Positions 61,143 to 64,000 of a stretch of DNA of 64,000 nucleotides are shown piece after piece. The translations under genes were made by a program, and so were the position numbers. The notes under the pieces are model-generated. The model saw only the letters and a program-made list of their open reading frames with translations. It was not told the DNA's origin and ran no database searches. Origin of the DNA: Octopus sinensis (lineage: Eukaryota); contig NC_042999.1 in assembly GCF_006345805.1 (NCBI RefSeq), forward strand, positions 68,324,001 to 68,388,000, written 5' to 3'. How positions within the stretch are numbered: position 1 is the first letter of the stretch; every line of letters starts with the position of its first letter.

Positions 61143-61800
61143 GAGGGGTACCCAAAAGTAACCGGAAACGTTTTCTGTGAGACAAGCCCATTGTAGATGA
61201 GCCTTCCGCCGCTAGAACGCACTTGATGCGATCCTCAGGCATCAGTCTGCTGGCCGGCGTCCTTGACTGATGTCGTAGTGCCATGTGGTGCGCCTTTGTT
61301 TTGCAGTGCTTCTCTCCTGTTCGTTAGTTTTTGTGATGGCTACAATGAAGGAATAGTGTGCTTCCGTGAAATTCTGTTCTCTGCTATGGAAAATGGCGGC
61401 CGAAATAGTTGTTATGCTTCAAACATCTTACAAGGACACTGCAATAAGCAAAACACAAGTTTACGAGTGGTTTTCACGCTTTAAAAATGTTCCCTAATTG
61501 ATTGAAGACCAACCTCATTCAGGGCGACTGCCGATCTACCGAACGAATGAAAGCATTACGAAAATTCGTGAACTGACCTTGAAAGACTGTAGCCGAACAA
61601 CTGACGAACTTGTTCATATGACTGGTATGTCCTGGAGCTTCTGCCAATGAATTTTGAACGAGGAAATGCGAATGAAAAGTGTTACAGCAAAATTTGTGCC
61701 TCGCTTGCTCACGGAAGGTCAAAAGCAGTTACAAGTGAATGTGTATCGTGAACTGAAAGAACAGTTTGAAATTGATCTGGATCTTTCAAGACTGAAGATG
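61142..61800 (+). mobile_element. Mariner 5' remnant
   Basis: CGAGGGGTACCCAAAAG end; MKSVTAKFVPRLL. Confidence 0.7.
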
Positions 61801-62715
61801 GAAACGTATCACCAGTATCAAAGCATAAAAGGCATTCTAAACGCTCTGAAACCATCAGAACACCTGAATTTATCCAGCAAGTTCAACAGACCATTGATTA
61901 CAATCCCAGAAAGTCCATGAGGTCAATTGCAAAATATACCCATGGTTCAGAAGAAACAGTCAGAAATGTTGTCCACGAAGACATCAGAGAGAAGTCTTAT
62001 ATGATGAGAAAAGGTCAATTTGTCAGAAAAAGAAAAAGAAAATCACTACATCATATCTAAAAGGCTCTTAAACAAACTGAGAAATCCAGCAGAAGATTTG
62101 ATTTAGTTTTTCTCAAACGAGAAAAACTTCGACCAAGATCAAAAAGTTAACAGAAGAAATGACAGATGGTTATGTGCAGACAATTCTGAAGTTCCATGTG
62201 TTATACATACAAAATTTCCTGCAACTGTCATGGTTTTAGGGGTTGTCAGCAATGAAGGACGTATAGTGCCTGCTTACTTCTTTCCACAAGGCCTTAGAGT
62301 TAACTCTGGCGCCTACATTGAGGTCCTGGAAATAATTGTTAAGCCTTTCTGCGCTATCACACATGTCTCTAGTAACACAGGAATGGATGGCTGCAAATTT
62401 TCATGATCATATAACCCCTAACATTTGGCCTCCTAATTCCCCAGATTCAATCCATTACATGTCGAGTATTATTGAGAGAGAGGTCAATGAACACACCCAC
62501 AACACCAAAGATTCTTTGAAAGGTGCCATAGTCAGAGTAATGTCCAAAATGAACCAGGATTTAGATCTCATATAGAATCAGTTGTTGAAGCTGAAAGTGG
62601 CTTTATTGAATAACATTAAAGAAAAGACGGTTTATTTTTATCCTCATAGCATTTTTGATAAATAAAGTTATTATCCGTTATTATATATCTGTCCTCAAAT
62701 ATCTTACGCACCCTG
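61800..62715 (+). mobile_element. maT-like (DD37D-type) transposon remnant
   Basis: FFS(N)EKNFDQDQKVNRRNDRWLC..HTKFPATVMVLGVVSNEG, WPPNSPD; end ..cgcaccctg|TA. Confidence 0.7.
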
Positions 62716-63250
62716 TATATATATGTATGTATGTATATATATTATAAATAATATATAAATATATGCATATATACATACATATATGTACATACCTACATAT
62801 ATATGTATATATATATGCATATATGGGTACAGGACATAAAAAAAAACGTTGAACACAATGAGAAACGAAAACATAAATATAAAAACATAGAAAACAAACA
62901 TTTTTTTCGAACAACGAAAAACACAAACAGAGAAACGAGACATGCAACATAAAGAATATTCCCCTTCATCAGTTGTCGCTGTTTCATCTACTCCGCGTTC
63001 CGAAGGCAAGGACAATACACGACTTAATTGAAACAGTCCTTCCCGCAAAGCAAATTAAATAAAATTGGGCTCTTTTGCGGAGGGTGAAAGTGGTAAACAA
63101 GAATAGGACAGTGAGAACAAAATAGTAAAAACAAACGGTGAGGGTTGTTAAGTCGAGACGATAGAAAAATTATTATGAACGTTAGGAAGACGAGCTTATG
63201 AGAGGAGACAGGTATAAGCACGTGTTGTCTTTAGGAAGGAAATGGGCAGA

Positions 63251-63289
<39 letters not shown>

Positions 63290-63302
<13 letters not shown>

Positions 63303-63520
63303 GTGCGCTTCTTTTTGTCTGTGTTTGTCATGCATCACTACTTGACAACCGGTGGTTGTGTGTTCACGTCCCCGTAACTTAGCAGTTCGGCAAAAGATAC
63401 CGATAAAATAAGTACAAGGCTTTAAGAAGCCTGGCAGTTGGAATCGTTTCATTCGATTAAAACGTTTTCAAGGCAGTGCCTCAGCATGGCCGCAGACTGA
63501 AAAAAACGTAATGAATAAAA
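63290..63520 (+). mobile_element. SINE family B 3' half
   Basis: CTTGACAACC..GTCCCCGTAACTTAGCAGTTCGGCAAAAG block. Confidence 0.75.
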
Positions 63521-64000
63521 GATAGGGTTTTTAAATAACGAATGGCTATAGAGGTCCAGAAGAGCAAAATAAGAATCAAATGATCTATATACATATAAAG
63601 AAAGGTTGAGAAACGCTGCTCTAGATTCTAATGGCCAAGCACGATACCTATTCATATGATCACACATCAATCACTCACCTACCGGGACCTTCACAGTTCA
63701 AAATATGTTTAAAAATTGATTCGCTTTAAACTTGAACGTATCAGCTGGCGATCAGATTATATACTTAGCAGTTAGTTTTACTTGTTTCTTTGTAATGAAT
63801 ACGTGCCACTCGCTTTAAATATCATTTTTTGGATGAATAATTCTCTTGAAACGATATATTGTTTATATTATCAAATCACCATAATATTGTCATGATAATT
63901 ACGACTTATTTAAATCTCTCTTCATTGTTCGGTTGTGTTGTCGAGTTTGTTTTATTCACACTTTCCTGTTTTTAAATAAGTGTGAAAAAAAAAAGAAAGA

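Noticed and set aside
62955-62990. Hammerhead at CTGATGA (minus strand) in a PLE-like end
   Set aside because: The nearest GAAAC is only 9 nt upstream, and no convincing helix II/III could be drawn downstream.

Overview
AT-rich, repeat-saturated eukaryotic genomic DNA, most likely an octopod cephalopod. This is inferred from recognising the SINE families; no search was run. One protein-coding gene is well supported: a minus-strand TUT1/Star-PAP-like nucleotidyltransferase. Four phase-compatible GT-AG exons (8491-8690, 4445-4711, 1906-2020, 124-221) encode the end of a matrin-type zinc finger, an RRM and the start of the GSS..DxD NTase domain. The gene runs off the left edge and its 5' exon(s) were not located. 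The rest is tRNA-derived SINEs (at least 5 families), Tc1/mariner remnants (including a near-complete 1289-bp DD34D copy), MITEs and foldbacks, a Helitron, LINE fragments (CR1, RTE, REL-type), a Penelope-like GIY-YIG element and many microsatellites. There are three main observations. (1) At least 7 different repeat families carry minimal type I hammerhead-ribozyme motifs, mostly inserted at (TA)n and often in inverted pairs; one family has a recurring A6U core variant. (2) A tRNA-headed SINE-like element carries a hammerhead (46334-46640). (3) The 3' half of U6 snRNA is fused at its oligo-U end to a SINE body (24579-24846). All folds and alignments were done by eye, and repeat boundaries are approximate unless a TSD or TIR is quoted.
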